The notes: generated from the letters alone by a model not told the origin. A stretch of DNA of 64,000 nt from Lama glama (GCA_028534125.1 CM052816.1:9302001-9366000), one strand, 5' to 3'; shown: positions 36,419 through 49,775, numbered from the stretch's first letter. A program made the numbers and translations.

Positions 36419-36723
36419 GTTACCGGGGGGGGGGCGGGGGAGAGGGTGGGAAGGGATAAACTGGGATTTCAAAATTGTAGAACAGATAAACAAGATTACA
36501 CTGTATAGCACAGGGAAATATACACAAAATGTTATGATAAATCACAGAGAAAAAAATGTGACAATGAGTGTGTATATGTCCTTGTATGACTGAAAAATTG
36601 TACTGAACACTGGAATTTGACACAACACTGTAAAATGATTATGAATCAATAAAAATGTAAAAAAAAAAATAAATAAAGTGATGAAAGGGGAAAGCTTACA
36701 AAAAAAAAAAAAAAGAAAAAAAA
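36419..36723 (+). mobile_element. Young L1 3'-end insertion in a MIR, with 13-bp TSD and a 22-nt 3' transduction
   Basis: TSD gaaaagcgtagtg at 36406-36418 and 36724-36736. Two A-tracts are separated by non-L1 sequence at 36678-36699. Confidence 0.88.
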
Positions 36724-39248
36724 GAAAAGCGTAGTGCATCCGAGTGTTGACGCTAGCCTGAAACATTAATTATGAATTACTTCCTCTTCTATTTCATGCA
36801 GTCTCTCAGCTGATCCACAAGCTACCTGTTTATCTTTAACGCAAGGAGGACCCTTCTCTCGCCATCTTCTCATAGAATAGTAAAATTCCCTAAAGTCTTA
36901 AGGAGCTTGCTTTAGTGGTCAGAAAGTGAAGACTGAGTCACAAAGTCTGTTTCCAAGGTGAGTCACTTTTTAGTTAGCATTCTGCCTCGTAAGAGTCAGC
37001 TGGGGAAGAAGGGAGACCCTTTGGCCAGGTAGGGGCTAGGGATGGGACTTCTGCTTTCCATGGAGAGTAGATCTATAAAGGCCAAGTGGTGTTTCACTGC
37101 ATTAATCATTTCCCTTTAGCACTGCTTCCATTGTTTTCATGTTCCTAGCTCCTTTCTTTTTACTCCTCAAAGAACCTGCTCTTAGAAACATCAGCTATCT
37201 TTGCTGTGTGACCTCAGCTTCATGTCTTCCACTCTCTGGGCCTCATTCTCATTTGTTAAGTGGTGGGATTGTGTCTTATATCCCTCAGGTTCATTCTTTC
37301 GCATTCAGACCCTCTGGGGTGGAGGATGGAGATTCAGGTGTGTTCTTCCTGTGCCAAGGAGAAAGCATGATACAATCATCACGCCCATCTTTTCCTGGAT
37401 CCTGACACATCATCCTGTAATTTCTGACTGGCTCTCAGGACACCTCATGCCAGCTAGTTGTTTTCCATCCTGCCTACAGCTCTGCCATCCTGCTGGCATG
37501 GGGAAAATAGTGCTGGTGCTAGAGAGATCTAGAATTTTCAAGGGGACCAAATACCCCAAGGGCCACTTACTTGCTTCTCTAAGGCTCCAAGTGATAGCTC
37601 AGGAGCCAGAGGGATGGCTTCAAACTCAAACAAAACCATTGGTCAAGAGTCACTTCCCATTTATGGGTGGTTGTTGTGGTTACCAAAGAGACAGACATAC
37701 ATGGAATTGTATTTTCCCCCCTCTCTCTCAAGTTTTTAATAGTGAGGTGGGGCCATTCTGGTATTAGCTTAAAGCAATGAGTCACTGAGTACAAGGCATG
37801 TTTCTATTTGTCTTAGCATTTTATTATTATCATTGAAGTGTTTGACGCCTAGCTCCACCACTTTTTCTCCTCTGGATGGCCTCTGTGTTCTCATAGGCGT
37901 CATGGAATGATGAGCAATGGCTACGTAGATGTTCAGTAATGGAAGACGTACCTGTTGAAATTATGCCAGCATTCTGCGTTGATGATCGGTTTGCAGGTTT
38001 ATAATAGTTGAAAAGATTGGAGAATTTTCGGAAAGGGGCAGATGGAGAGAACACTGAATCGGGAATCAGGAGTTTAAGCTCAGTTATTAACCATGATATA
38101 AATTTGGGTCAGTGATTTCACTACTTTAAGAGATCAGATTGATTAGGATAGATAAAGAAAATAAAGTTCATCTAGTTTGCCAGAATCAGCTGATTGGTAG
38201 TTGCTGTCCGATGTGGGATGCTGAGAATTATGGAGTCTGATTTGGGCCCCGGGGAAGAAGATCCTTTGGGAAAGTGACAGTACTGGGGCTCTGTATGCAG
38301 AGCACTGGGTCCCCCACTGGCTCCAGGGGTAAGAGTGTCAGGGGAGAGGGGTGTCTGCCATTCAGGCTCTAGATGGTCTCTAACGTCCCATTTAGCTCCA
38401 AACATTTCATAATTAGATATTAAAGAAAATAAACCTGTCCCAGATCTGTCATCACTTCAGTTTTCTCACCAAGGTCTTGATCACCAAGGCATCTAATTGT
38501 CAAATATAGCTACATTACTGGAAAAGTGAATGTCTCTGGGACTTCTGTTACTTTCACAACACACATTAGATGTGATTAGAAGTTCCAAATAAGAACTATA
38601 AGAACTTCAAGTCACCATAAAAGAGATGTCCCCTACAATTCTCAAGGAGACTGAACATGGGATGGGTGAACAGTGTGTGCAGTTTTGAAAAAAAAAAAGT
38701 GTGTTCACAATACTTACTTTCATATTATAAACTGAAAAAGAAAAACCCTCCCCACCTCCCCTCCTCCCCCAACCCTTTCATATCTTGGCTCATGTTTGGA
38801 GCTTGTATTTAGAAGGGGTAAGAAATATTGCCAGTCATAAAGTTGAGGCAGCTTGTTGAGAAGAGTAAAATGATGTTTGGATGCAGAGAGGGGGAGCTGG
38901 CTTGACAGAAAGTGATGTAGGAGTCTTTGATAAACATAAGCTCTAATAAACCAACTGAATTTTTGGACTGCAAAAAAGCTGAGCTAATCTTTGGCTAAAT
39001 TAATGGAAGTACAATGAGTGTACAGTTTTTCCATACTTTAACACATCCACATATGGGCAGTCGTACTCTGAGCATCACGTGATCAGGACGGTGAGATGTT
39101 TGGAACGATGTGTGATGAGCACAATTGGAGAGTCCGGGAGAAGAAAGCTGGGGAGTCACCGGTTTATTAGTTCACTCTGGGTGTCTCCCATCTCAGCTGT
39201 CACTGCACAGCCCCATTTCCTCCTTCTACAGTTGGGATTCCTCCATAG

Positions 39249-39679
39249 TGACATAGGTTGGGTTTTCTGGAAAAGCAGACTCTAAGGTGGAGATTTGTTT
39301 GGAGTGTTTTTCGAAACAACATTTGTGGAGGAGTGCAGGAGGTGGGATTAGGTGGAGGGACATGTTGGGATACTCTGCTCTCATAACAGAGGCATCAGTC
39401 CACTTACCCTGTGGGGGGATCTGAAGCCGGGAGAGCTCTTCAGGGTTGTCCTGGATTCAGACACAGGAGCCAGAGCTTTACATTTCACAGTCACTGCATG
39501 TGGGCTTGGCTGCACCTGGAGAGGGCATAAGCATGTTCAGGGCAGTTCCCTTTGCTCAGAGGAAAGACTCAGTTGTGAGCCTCCAGCAGGCAACGCTCAT
39601 AACATTTGAAGCAGTAAATGCAATGTATCAGTCCTGAATAGGGTGGCACATCTGTTGGCCCATCACAGCATCCACTACA
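39249..39679 (-). mobile_element. ERVL solo LTR (LTR16-like)
   Basis: Right end is the reverse complement of TGTAGTGGATGCTGTG; left end is ggttgggttttctggaaaagcagactct. Confidence 0.7.
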
Positions 39680-40149
39680 GTGAGGTCAAATACCTGGCCA
39701 TCAGTGGCCCTAGATTTATATTTTCCTAGCCCGATGGCTTCAGAGAAAAGACTCTCAATTCTGGCTGTAGTTTTAAAAAAAATCTTGGAGAAGTACTCTG
39801 ACTGGATTGGCTTGGATCAACAACTCTGGCCAGAAGTTGAGGAATTGTGATTGATCTTGAATCTGGTTGACCATTATGGCAAAGTGGATGGGACTGGTTA
39901 GCAAAAGAAAGAATGACAGCTCTACTGTCGGGGGCAGCCAGCTTTTGTCACCTTACCTGTTCTGGGAATGAGGGCGCTCACTGGTTCTGTGTAGCATGAG
40001 AAGGTGAAAAGAGAGTGAGTTCAGCTCCATGGGAAGTTAATTCTCTTTTAGTAATTAAAAATGCTTTCTGTGGGGAAGAAGCTCCCACAACTGGAAACAT
40101 TTCAGCAAAGGCCATATGTCTTTCTTTCCAGTACTCTGTAGAGAGATTT

Positions 40150-40325
40150 TCTGTATTTGGATTGCAGCAGAATTATATGAAGAGCTTTAAAGTGATTCTG
40201 ATTGCTGGGCTCTGTTATTAGAAATTCTGATTCAGTAGGTCTGGGATGAGGAGTCCATTCTAGGACTCTGTATGTTGTAAAATCTTCCCATTGGATTCTC
40301 ATATCCTACCAGATTTGGAAACCCC
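40150..40325. mobile_element. MER5-like hAT-Charlie MITE
   Basis: gattgctgggc...ttctgattcagtaggtctgggatg...gattctcat...tttggaaacc. Confidence 0.65.
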
Positions 40326-41688
40326 AGCACATGAAGCAGATATTAGTAAAACTGCTCTGGTTGAATTGTTTGTGTGTTTGAAGCACCAGAGGGAAGTGTG
40401 GGTGGCAGGTAGAGACAAAGGAACTGAGTTTGCCTGTCCACTTTCTCACCCCTTTCTCCCAAAGGTGATCCTCAAGCCATCTCTGTGGGACAGAATTTAA
40501 AATCCACTAAACTGAATTTTTAGACTGTCTTCCAACTTTACAAACTCATTGATATTCAAGGTAAAGCAGTAAGTTTGTTCATTTTTCCTCTCTGTTTCAG
40601 ATATGTGCAGGCATTTCTGGACTGAGACTTGAAAAGAAGTTTATTAGAACTGTCTTACTTATAAATGCTTCCTCAGCCTTGCATAAGGCATAGCTAATTG
40701 TGGGCCCAAGAGTAAAGAAAGCAAAGCAAGTTACCTTTGCAAACTCTAGACTCATGACTGGTCTCTTCTGATTTAGCAGAGGAGATCATTTAGGAGTAAC
40801 CACACATATTCTTTCTTCTTAAAAAAACTTATGTGCTTACATAACACTACAAGGGGATAAAAAAACAAAGTGTCTTTGAAGTTATTAGCCCCTTGTCTTT
40901 GATTTCTTCCTATAATTATCAGTGTGCAAAAGGAGATTTTATTCAGTCCTAATCCTTAGGATTATGCAATCTCTTTATTTTTTCACTTGGCATTATCTTT
41001 ATACACATCTTTATGGCCCTTATAGTCCTTTTCATGGCTACATAGTATTTCATTGCTTTAATGTGCCACAGTAGATTTCCTTTTACTCTAATTTGGGGCA
41101 TTTGAGTAGTTTTCATTTTCTCAGGATGCATGTATCACATTGCTATGTGCCATCTAGTACCTGACCTCACCTGTAACTGCTCCACCTCCAGAATTCCCAA
41201 CTCTGACTCTCCTTTCCCTGACTATAAGTTCTCTCTCAGTTCCCTCAGTCCTCTCACCTGTGATCCAGTGACCTGCCAGTCTGGCTCATCTACCTACTTG
41301 CTTTTTTCATTACAACTGAGGAGCTTCTGGTTACTAATGCTATGTAAGGTTTTCAGCTTTAGTACATTAGGATTGCTCAAGAAATGTCTGCCGTTGTGAT
41401 AATGACTGTGATGATGATCGTAATTATTGAATTCAGGGCCAGGGTCTTACTCATCATTATCCAATTCACTTCCCAAGAGTGTCTGAGTCACAGACGTCAT
41501 TCCAAAGTTATTTGCTCAATGAGTAGATGATTTTAATATTAATTTTTTTAATCAAATGTTCTTTTGCATGTTAAATAACAATCCATTTTACCTTTTTTAA
41601 TATTAAAATATCATAATTCCTGGAGGATAGAAAACATATCTTATTTTTCCTTTTATTTCCAGTACCCGTCTGATTTCTGTCAAAGGTT

Positions 41689-42702
41689 TTTTTTTTTTAA
41701 CATTTTTTATTGATTTATAATCGTTTTACAATGTTGTGTCAAATTCCAGTGTTCAGCACAATTTTTCAGTCATTCATGGACATATACACACTCATTGTCA
41801 CATTTTTTTCTCTGTGAGTTATCATAACATTTTGTGTGTATTTCCCTGTGCTATACAGTGTAATCTTGTTTATCTATTCTACAATTTTGAAATCCCAGTC
41901 TATCCCTTCCCACCCTCCACCCNNNNNNNNNNNNNNNNNNNNNNNNNNNNNNNNNNNNNNNNNNNNNNNNNNNNNNNNNNNNNNNNNNNNNNNNNNNNNN
42001 NNNNNNNNNNNNNNNNNNNNNNNNNNNNNNNNNNNNNNNNNNNNNNNNNNNNNNNNNNNNNNNNNNNNNNNNNNNNNNNNNNNNNNNNNNNNNNNNNNNN
42101 NNNNNNNNNNNNNNNNNNNNNNNNNNNNNNNNNNNNNNNNNNNNNNNNNNNNNNNNNNNNNNNNNNNNNNNNNNNNNNNNNNNNNNNNNNNNNNNNNNNN
42201 NNNNNNNNNNNNNNNNNNNNNNNNNNNNNNNNNNNNNNNNNNNNNNNNNNNNNNNNNNNNNNNNNNNNNNNNNNNNNNNNNNNNNNNNNNNNNNNNNNNN
42301 NNNNNNNNNNNNNNNNNNNNNNNNNNNNNNNNNNNNNNNNNNNNNNNNNNNNNNNNNNNNNNNNNNNNNNNNNNNNNNNNNNNNNNNNNNNNNNNNNNNN
42401 NNNNNNNNNNNNNNNNNNNNNNTTTTACAATGTTGTGTCAAATTCCAGTGTTCAGCACAATTTTTCAGTCATTCATGGACATATACACACTCATTGTCAC
42501 ATTTTTTTCTCTGTGAGTTATCATAACATTTTGTGTGTATTTCCCTGTGCTATACAGTGTAATCTTGTTTATCTATTCTACAATTTTGAAATCCCAGTCT
42601 ATCCCTTCCCACCCTCCACCCCGCTGGTAACCACAAGTCTGTATTCTCTGTCTGTGAGTCTATTTCTGAAAAACAAACAAACAAACAAAATCAAAGTGTA
42701 AA
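41689..42702 (-). mobile_element. Young L1 3'-end insertion with a 34-bp 5' inversion; spans an assembly gap whose flanks are duplicated
   Basis: Poly(T) at about 41687-41698. TSD ttctgtcaaa(g/a)gtt at 41675-41688 and 42703-42716. Confidence 0.85.
41923..42422. other. Assembly gap (500 N)
   Basis: N run. Confidence 1.
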
Positions 42703-43689
42703 TTCTGTCAAAAGTTGATAGAGAATTTTGTCAAAAGTCTTTCTGATAGTTTTTGCTTTCCTTTACTTTCCTTGGATTAGTATTTTTCTTTGAATTTTTC
42801 CAGTTTTTCTATGATAGGATAAAATGTGTTTAATCATAGAAAATAATTATCTTACCATATGGATGAATCATATATGCATAGATTCAATTTAGAATAGTTT
42901 CATAATAAAATGAATTGCTTATAACGTTTTTCTTGTTATTTAAGAACACGGAGTTTTTTAAATGAAAATTTGAATGAAAAATTACCAGTAATACTAATTA
43001 TCTTTTCCCTTGGTTTCTTGGTAAGTTTAGACCTCTTATTTCTTTTTTGGTCACTTTTGGTCATTTCTGGTTTTATAAAGGCTCACCCATGTTACTGAAA
43101 ATTCAAATATATTAGCATGACATTGTAGATAATACTAAAAATAACTTCTTAAGGCACTTTTTCCAAAGTCATAATACATGCATACAGTTTAAAAATTCAA
43201 GCTATAGTTTACAATGAAAAATAACAGTCCTCTGCCCTAGTCATTTAAATCTTAGCTCCAATTCCTAGAGCCAACCACTTTCAACTCATAACTGCAGCCT
43301 CTGTTATCTATCTTAGTATTTCTGAATGGCCAGAAACTTCTTACCCTGCCATTGGTCTTTCTAGTATTCTACCTGTGTTTTGGTTCTGTCCTTTTCTCAC
43401 ACTCAGAAATCCTGGGACCCCAGTTCCCAGATGGATGGTTCCACAGCCACTACTCCCTCCTTCCAAGATTTTGCTGGTCTCCCATGGTGGAGACTTGTAT
43501 TCTCCCCTCTTCTCCTCTTTTTGCCCTTGTTGACTTATTACTTTGAAGAAATATCTTGTACTGTCTATTTAGTGGGCTTCAGGAGGGTGGAGACATAAAT
43601 CATATTCACAACCTACCATGCTTAACTAATAGTCTCTAATAACTTTTTAAAAAACCCAATTAATTAATACATTAATTAATCATAATAGA

Positions 43690-44520
43690 TAGACTTGTCT
43701 CAGTGCTCAAAATTCAAAAGGAATAAAAAAATTTTAGATTGAAAACACTCCTGTTACCATGGTCTCTGGCCAACCAGATCTCTGCAACCAATGTCAATGG
43801 TTTTTTGGACAGCCTTCAAGAGATACATCATGCATGTATGTGCAAATATATACTTATGTTACTTAGACCCTCTGTACACAGAGTTATGCACACTGCTTTG
43901 TTCCCCTTACTTAGCAATGTATCTTGGAGAATATTTTTTGTCTTTATATAGAAAGCTTTCTCATTTTTAGTGACTGCATAATATGCCATGATTTATTTAA
44001 GCAGTTCCCTGTTAATGTTCACTCATATATTTTCTACTGTTTTGCTCTCATGACCAGTGCTGTAGTAATTAACCTTGTTCTTTGTCATTTTGCAAGTCTG
44101 TTAATTGATTTGTAGGATAAATTCCCAGAAGTGTAATTGCTGGGTCAAAAGTAGCCCCATTTGTCATTTTGTTTGGGTCTGTCAACTTGTTCTCCAGATA
44201 AGCTGTCCAGCTCACATTGTTCATCTTGGCAAAGTTTAAATGTGTATTTTCTCTCCTTATGGGTGATGTTAATCATCTTTTCATATAATCAAGAGTTACT
44301 AGAATTTCCTTTTCTCTGAATATTGCACCTATTCTTTGCCCCCTTTTCTAACAAGTGTTGGTCTTAATTTTATCATTTTCAGAGGCTCTTTATATGTTAA
44401 GGAAACAACATGTGGTTTATCTTATAAGTTGCATTTTTTCCAATGTGTCATTTATCTTTTAATTTTGCTCATAGTTTACTTTGCCATGTAGACTTTTTAT
44501 TTCTATATAGTCAAATTTAT
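43690..44520 (-). mobile_element. Old L1ME-like fragments
   Basis: gtaggataaattcccagaagtgtaattgctgggtcaaaag...atatagtcaaatttatcaa. Confidence 0.65.
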
Positions 44521-44524
44521 CAAA

Positions 44525-45382
44525 CATCAAACCACAGAGCATTATTTAAAGGCCTTGAAACTCAATAGAAATTGTCCCTTGGGTTTCAGACTTGCTTGGG
44601 ACCAGAAACCACTTTATTTCTCCCCATTTCCCCCATATGGGAATGAGAATTTCCTATGTCTGTCCCTGCATTTTGGAAGCAGATAACTTATTTTCTTTTT
44701 TCAAAGGGCCACAGATAGACAGAAATTTTGTCCCAAGATGGATGAAATCCATAGTATCATCCATGCTTGATTTAAATACGTTAGATTATGAGATTTGGGA
44801 CTTTTTTGAGTTGATGATGTTTGGGACTTTTTTGAATTGATGATATTTGGATGAGATTTGAGACTTAAGGTTGATGCTGGAATGGATTAAGACTTCAGGA
44901 GGTATTGGGGTGGAGTGAATGTATTTTGCATGTAGGACAGACATGAATTTTGAAGGGTGAGGGTAAACTGTTGTGGGTTGAATGGTGTCCCCTACCAAAT
45001 TCATGTCCACCTGGAACCTCAGAATATGACCTTATTTGGAATAATGATACTTTCAGATGTAATTAAGATAATGATTGAGATGAGATCATGCTGGATTAAG
45101 GTAAACCCAAGTCCAATGAGTTTCCTTATAAGAGACAGAAAAGGAGACACAGAAACACAGAGAAGATGGAAAGGCAGTGTTTGGAGTGATGCATCTCAAG
45201 CCAAAGAACACTAAAGATTGCTGGGAATCACCAGGATCTAGGAAGGAAGCATGAAACAAAACCCTGCAACACTTTGATTTTTCAGACTTCTGGCCTCCTA
45301 AACTGGGAGAGAATAACATTCTATTACTTTTGGCCTCCCAATTTGTGGTAATCTGTTATGGCAGCCCAAGGAAATGAATAAA
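44525..45382 (+). mobile_element. MaLR 3' internal segment (about 44525-44968) with purine tract, plus MLT1C-like LTR (44969-45382)
   Basis: gaagggtgagggtaaac precedes tgttgtgggttgaatggtgtcccc...gaacctcagaatatgaccttatttgga...ttatggcagcccaaggaaatgaata. Confidence 0.8.
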
Positions 45383-46194
45383 CACTGATCTAGAGTCTAG
45401 GGAGAGGTAGAGAGCTGGCAATGTATTGGGACACTGCGGGATGCTGGTTGAAGTCATAGAAATTTATCAGCTCACTCACTCAACAATTATTTCCCCCCTA
45501 GACATTTGAACTCCTCTTCGGTGCATATCTTGTAAATACTGGGATGAGTCAGATATATTTATTACAATATGCTCACATCCTAGGACGACTAGGTTAAGAA
45601 AGAAGGGCGAAGAAATGAGATGGTGAATTCTAGGAAATATCATATGTAGGGCAAGCCTGAGGGAAGAGTTGTGGAAGGAAACAGAGGAGCAGTTGGAGAC
45701 ACAGGGGAAAGATGAAGGGGCTTCGTCACGGAGGTCAAGAGGGGCATGGCCAGTAGTGGAAACTGCAGAGGTGGCCAAAAGGATCAAAACTGACATTTCA
45801 GTTGGGTAGCCTTTTGGATTACACAACTGAGGTCATAGATGACTTATAAGAATGGTGAGAGTGTTGCAAATCAGAGTTAATGTGTTAAAGTGCTAATTTT
45901 CAGAATCTTAGAACTAATATCTTTCTCACAGGTTATTGTCTTTTATTATCTGTTAATTCATCCCCGAAAACACAAGAGCCAGTACTGCACCAGGTGCAGG
46001 GGGACAATGAGGAACAAGGGAGCACAGTCTCTATTCTCTTGGAGCTTAAAGTGCACTAAAAGAAACAGACAAATATTAGCTACTAAAATTATGGGAATTA
46101 TTCTTTAATTTCCCTGGCAATAAGTGTCATGCAGGCAAGTGCATTTGGAACAGGGGAAAGGCCAATCTTACCTAGCTTTCTGGGGGAACTGAAT

Positions 46195-46248
46195 GAAGTA
46201 ACTTGTCATAAAAGCATGTGGGAAGTAGCTTGTCATAAAAGCATGTGG
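46195..46248 (+). repeat. 27-bp tandem duplication (2 copies, 1 mismatch)
   Basis: gaagta(a/g)cttgtcataaaagcatgtgg x2. Confidence 0.9.
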
Positions 46249-49200
46249 TACATCTTATGATTAATGTGAACCAGCTGACACTATAAGAAGTTTAGTATTT
46301 TTGCTTTGAAGCTGAGGAAATTTAGGCCCAGAAACATTCAATGACTTGCAGTGTGTTGTTAGAAAAGCCAGTATTATAATCTAAATCTTTATTTTGGTTA
46401 GTTTTCTTCTCTGAACTATACTAACTCCCATAACACACACACACACAGAGACATGCAAGTATCTATCTATATTTATATCTATACATATATGATGTATGGC
46501 TTATATTATTAAAAAGGTACATTTTACAAAATATGAGTCAATTTAGATTTTTGATTGCATGCATAACATGGAGAAAGCATTGTATGTAATCCTAGCTCCT
46601 TGCCCATATCATCATAGGCCACTCAGATTCTTTCTGGAAGTGGATGAGTCATACGTCATTAATCATGGAGTGGCTGTTTCACCTGTGGTCTGGAGCGTCT
46701 CAGCTCCCAAGCCTTTAGGAAATGGTTCCTTGATGCTGTTACCTTTGTTGCAGACAGCTGCATCACAGTCTTCCCTGCAGGGCCAGGGAGGATGCTCATA
46801 GTGAGAAAGTTTTACCCACTACAGAGCCCTCACCCCTGGTGACTCTCACGGCTCAACTGCCAGATGTCAGTTATGAGTCTCTCCGCGGGTCCCCCAGGGG
46901 CTCCTCATGCTCATTGAAGAAGTCTGCTCTCAGTAGCATTTGCAGCCCCTTCTCTGAGTTGGGGCCACTCAGGAAATCCTCTTCACTGTAATGCTCTCCT
47001 GGAAACTGTTGAAAAGCAGATTGTCAAACAGCAGGTTTAATTTCCCCAATAATGTTATCACTGGTTCTTTGTTGGTAACCAAGGATTCCACATCAAACCA
47101 GTCAAGGGTAGGACCAACAGTAGATCTGAAAAGCAAAGCTACAGCTATCAAATACCACTAATATTTGAGGTTAATACATCATGCCTACTCCCAAATAAAA
47201 AAAAAGTCATAAATACACTGTGCCCATTAATTATTGCAGGGGACATCATATGTTATAAACAATATACGCAGGACGTGAAATTTAACCTACGTCATTAGGC
47301 TAACAGTACTTTGCTTACTGTGGAAAGGGAGTAAGCAAAGAATTTTGGGACTAGGTGTGTCAAGTGTCTTGTCTTTATTACTAGTAGCCAGATAACTTGG
47401 GAAAGTATATAATCTCTTCTGAGACTTCTTTTCTTCCTCTGTAAAATGGGAACAATTTCTGCATGAAGGATATATTATGAAGATTAAAGAAAGTAGAGAA
47501 TGTAAAACATTCTTTGTGCTGAATGTGTTATTAGCACATTGCCTAAGTATTGTTGACAGTCAGCAAATACTAATTTGCCTATCTCTGCCCTTAACTTTTC
47601 AAATGTAGAAAGTCTGGAAGATGGTTTTAATGACTCAGATCTCTTACAAAAACTACTTTGATGATTTTGAATGTTTTGTGGGGAAAGTATTTAAAAAAAT
47701 ACTAAGCCAGTTGTTTTTTATTTCAATTAATGCCCAGAAGTTTCTATAATTTTTACAGCTCATGGTTAAACAATACATAATCCGATAGGAGAGCACTGTT
47801 CATTTGCAAATACAAAAACCAAAGAACTTATTTTACTGAAAGGGAAAGAATATTTCTTAAATCTTACATGTAAAGAGCCAAGCCAGGAAAAATCTCAGCA
47901 TAGATTTTTTATCGACCATGGATTAAGAAGGATGAGGATATGATAGAAGAGCAACTCCTGCTGTGCCAGTGTGGGGATGGAGTGGCATATCAAAACCTGG
48001 GGTGAGGGTGGGAGGCATGTGGAAACACCCCAAAAGGCTTGGGAGACACCCTGGAACAGGGAGTAGATGCCAGGAAGTGGCACAGGAAGGTTGTAAGCTT
48101 CATTTTTGGCAAGGTGCATGGCACTTTTGTCCATATGGCAGGAGAGCAGTAGAGAAGCAATGCCAAAGGGAGATGCCTGAGTGAGTGGGGCGGGCGTGAG
48201 GGGAACACTGATCACTTCAGCTTGGTGACAGTTTCCTGGAGCCCCAGAGAGAAAGCCCCCCAGCTTTGATACTCCTCACTCCCTACCCCAATGATGCCAT
48301 GTTTGCTCCCCCTTCCCCGATGACATTGCAGGACAGAGAGGGAGTGGAGAACTCTGAGTGAGAGGAAGAGTCCTGATGGGGAATTTGAATTATGCATTGC
48401 TTCAGCTTATTCCTTGGGTGTAAAAAAAGTCCTAAGTTTAAAACAAAATTAAATAAATTTCTGCAAATATTTTTTGGAGGGGAGGATGATTCAGAAAAAA
48501 AGTTTAAATTCTGTTAGAAAAATAAAGAAATATCCATTCCTGCCCATTTGATTTCTTGAGTATAATTTTTATACCTGCTCCAAACACAGGACTTCACTCC
48601 TTCTAAGCTGCTCAGCAGGAAGAGGATGTCGAATCCTTCATTACTATTGCACACTGCATCTCTTAGTGTGAATGTCTGCTTATTTGGCTGCCTCCCCTGC
48701 TAATATGTAGGAACCTGAGGTCAGAACTCTAGGCTGTTAACTTTCCTCAGTTTGGATAAGACTTAGCACCTGGCAGGTGCTCAATAAATATTTGTAGAAT
48801 CATTTAATGTCACTGGGTTTATTGCTGACATATGAGATGTGCCTTTTCAAAAATAACTGGTAGGAGTCTTTTGCATGACTAAACTGTACGTAAATGCATC
48901 TATAAACCAATACATTAAAACTGAACCACAGGTCCATATTATGAAGGCTGAACTGAATGGAGCAAAGTGACCATCTTGTGTAAGCAGAGAAGTTCCTAGA
49001 AATCATAGCACTTTTTACAGAACAAGATTGCGTATTGCTGTGTTGAACTTAAATTTAAAAAAATTCGAGCTGTGCTGAGTCAGATGTAATCTTACACTTG
49101 ATTCTAGTATAGACCAGAGCTGTAGGAAACAACAACTATAAAATGGTTAATTACTAAAATACAGAAAGTTCTGTTAAGTGTGAGTGCTTTTCAAAATACA

Positions 49201-49644
49201 GTATAGTAGGTGGAATATGGGTAATTTTGAAGGCACACAGATGAACATTTTAAGGATTTTGTGTGTGTGTGTTTTATTGAGTATTAGAAAAAACTATGAC
49301 CAGCAGAAAAGCTCCATGATGTCACAAACCTTATTGCTTTGGATGAGGCTAAGGTAGATGTCTGAGTATAAGAGGTGAGGTGACTTGAATAACAATGTGC
49401 AGTACTGAAATTGCAGAGGTTTGAGATGCCCAACATTAACTCAATTTTTATTAAAAAAAATTCAGTTATTTCCCAGTTTGTTTATTTCAAGGTGGATTAG
49501 ACAGAGGCAATGGATTGACTGCTTTGGAGTTTCCTGGTTCTCATCAGGGGGTAAAGTTGCAGAAAGTCTGGGGGCTATAATCCTCATCTCTCGCATGCAA
49601 AGGTTGGACTGAGCCAACAGTTTCCAAACTATATTCCTTAAAAG

Positions 49645-49775
49645 TAGAGTTCCATACTTTCTGATTTGCCTGGAGCAGTCTCAGTTTACATCTGTTGTCA
49701 CAGCACAATTATTAGTAGAGGCTCCTTTCATGGGCAAAATTGTTCCAGTTTGGCAGTATATCACATGGCCCATTT
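49645..49775 (-). mobile_element. MER94-like hAT-Blackjack MITE
   Basis: tttgcctggagcagtctcagtttacatctgttgtcacagcacaattattagtagaggctcctttca. Confidence 0.65.

Noticed and set aside
37201..37767. 188-aa ORF on +
   Set aside because: Non-ATG start, begins in a MIR-like segment, no recognisable protein family.
41736..42701. Long ORFs spanning the first N run
   Set aside because: Artefacts of translating through Ns.
44794..44845. 26-bp tandem duplication
   Set aside because: Ordinary slippage inside a MaLR internal segment.
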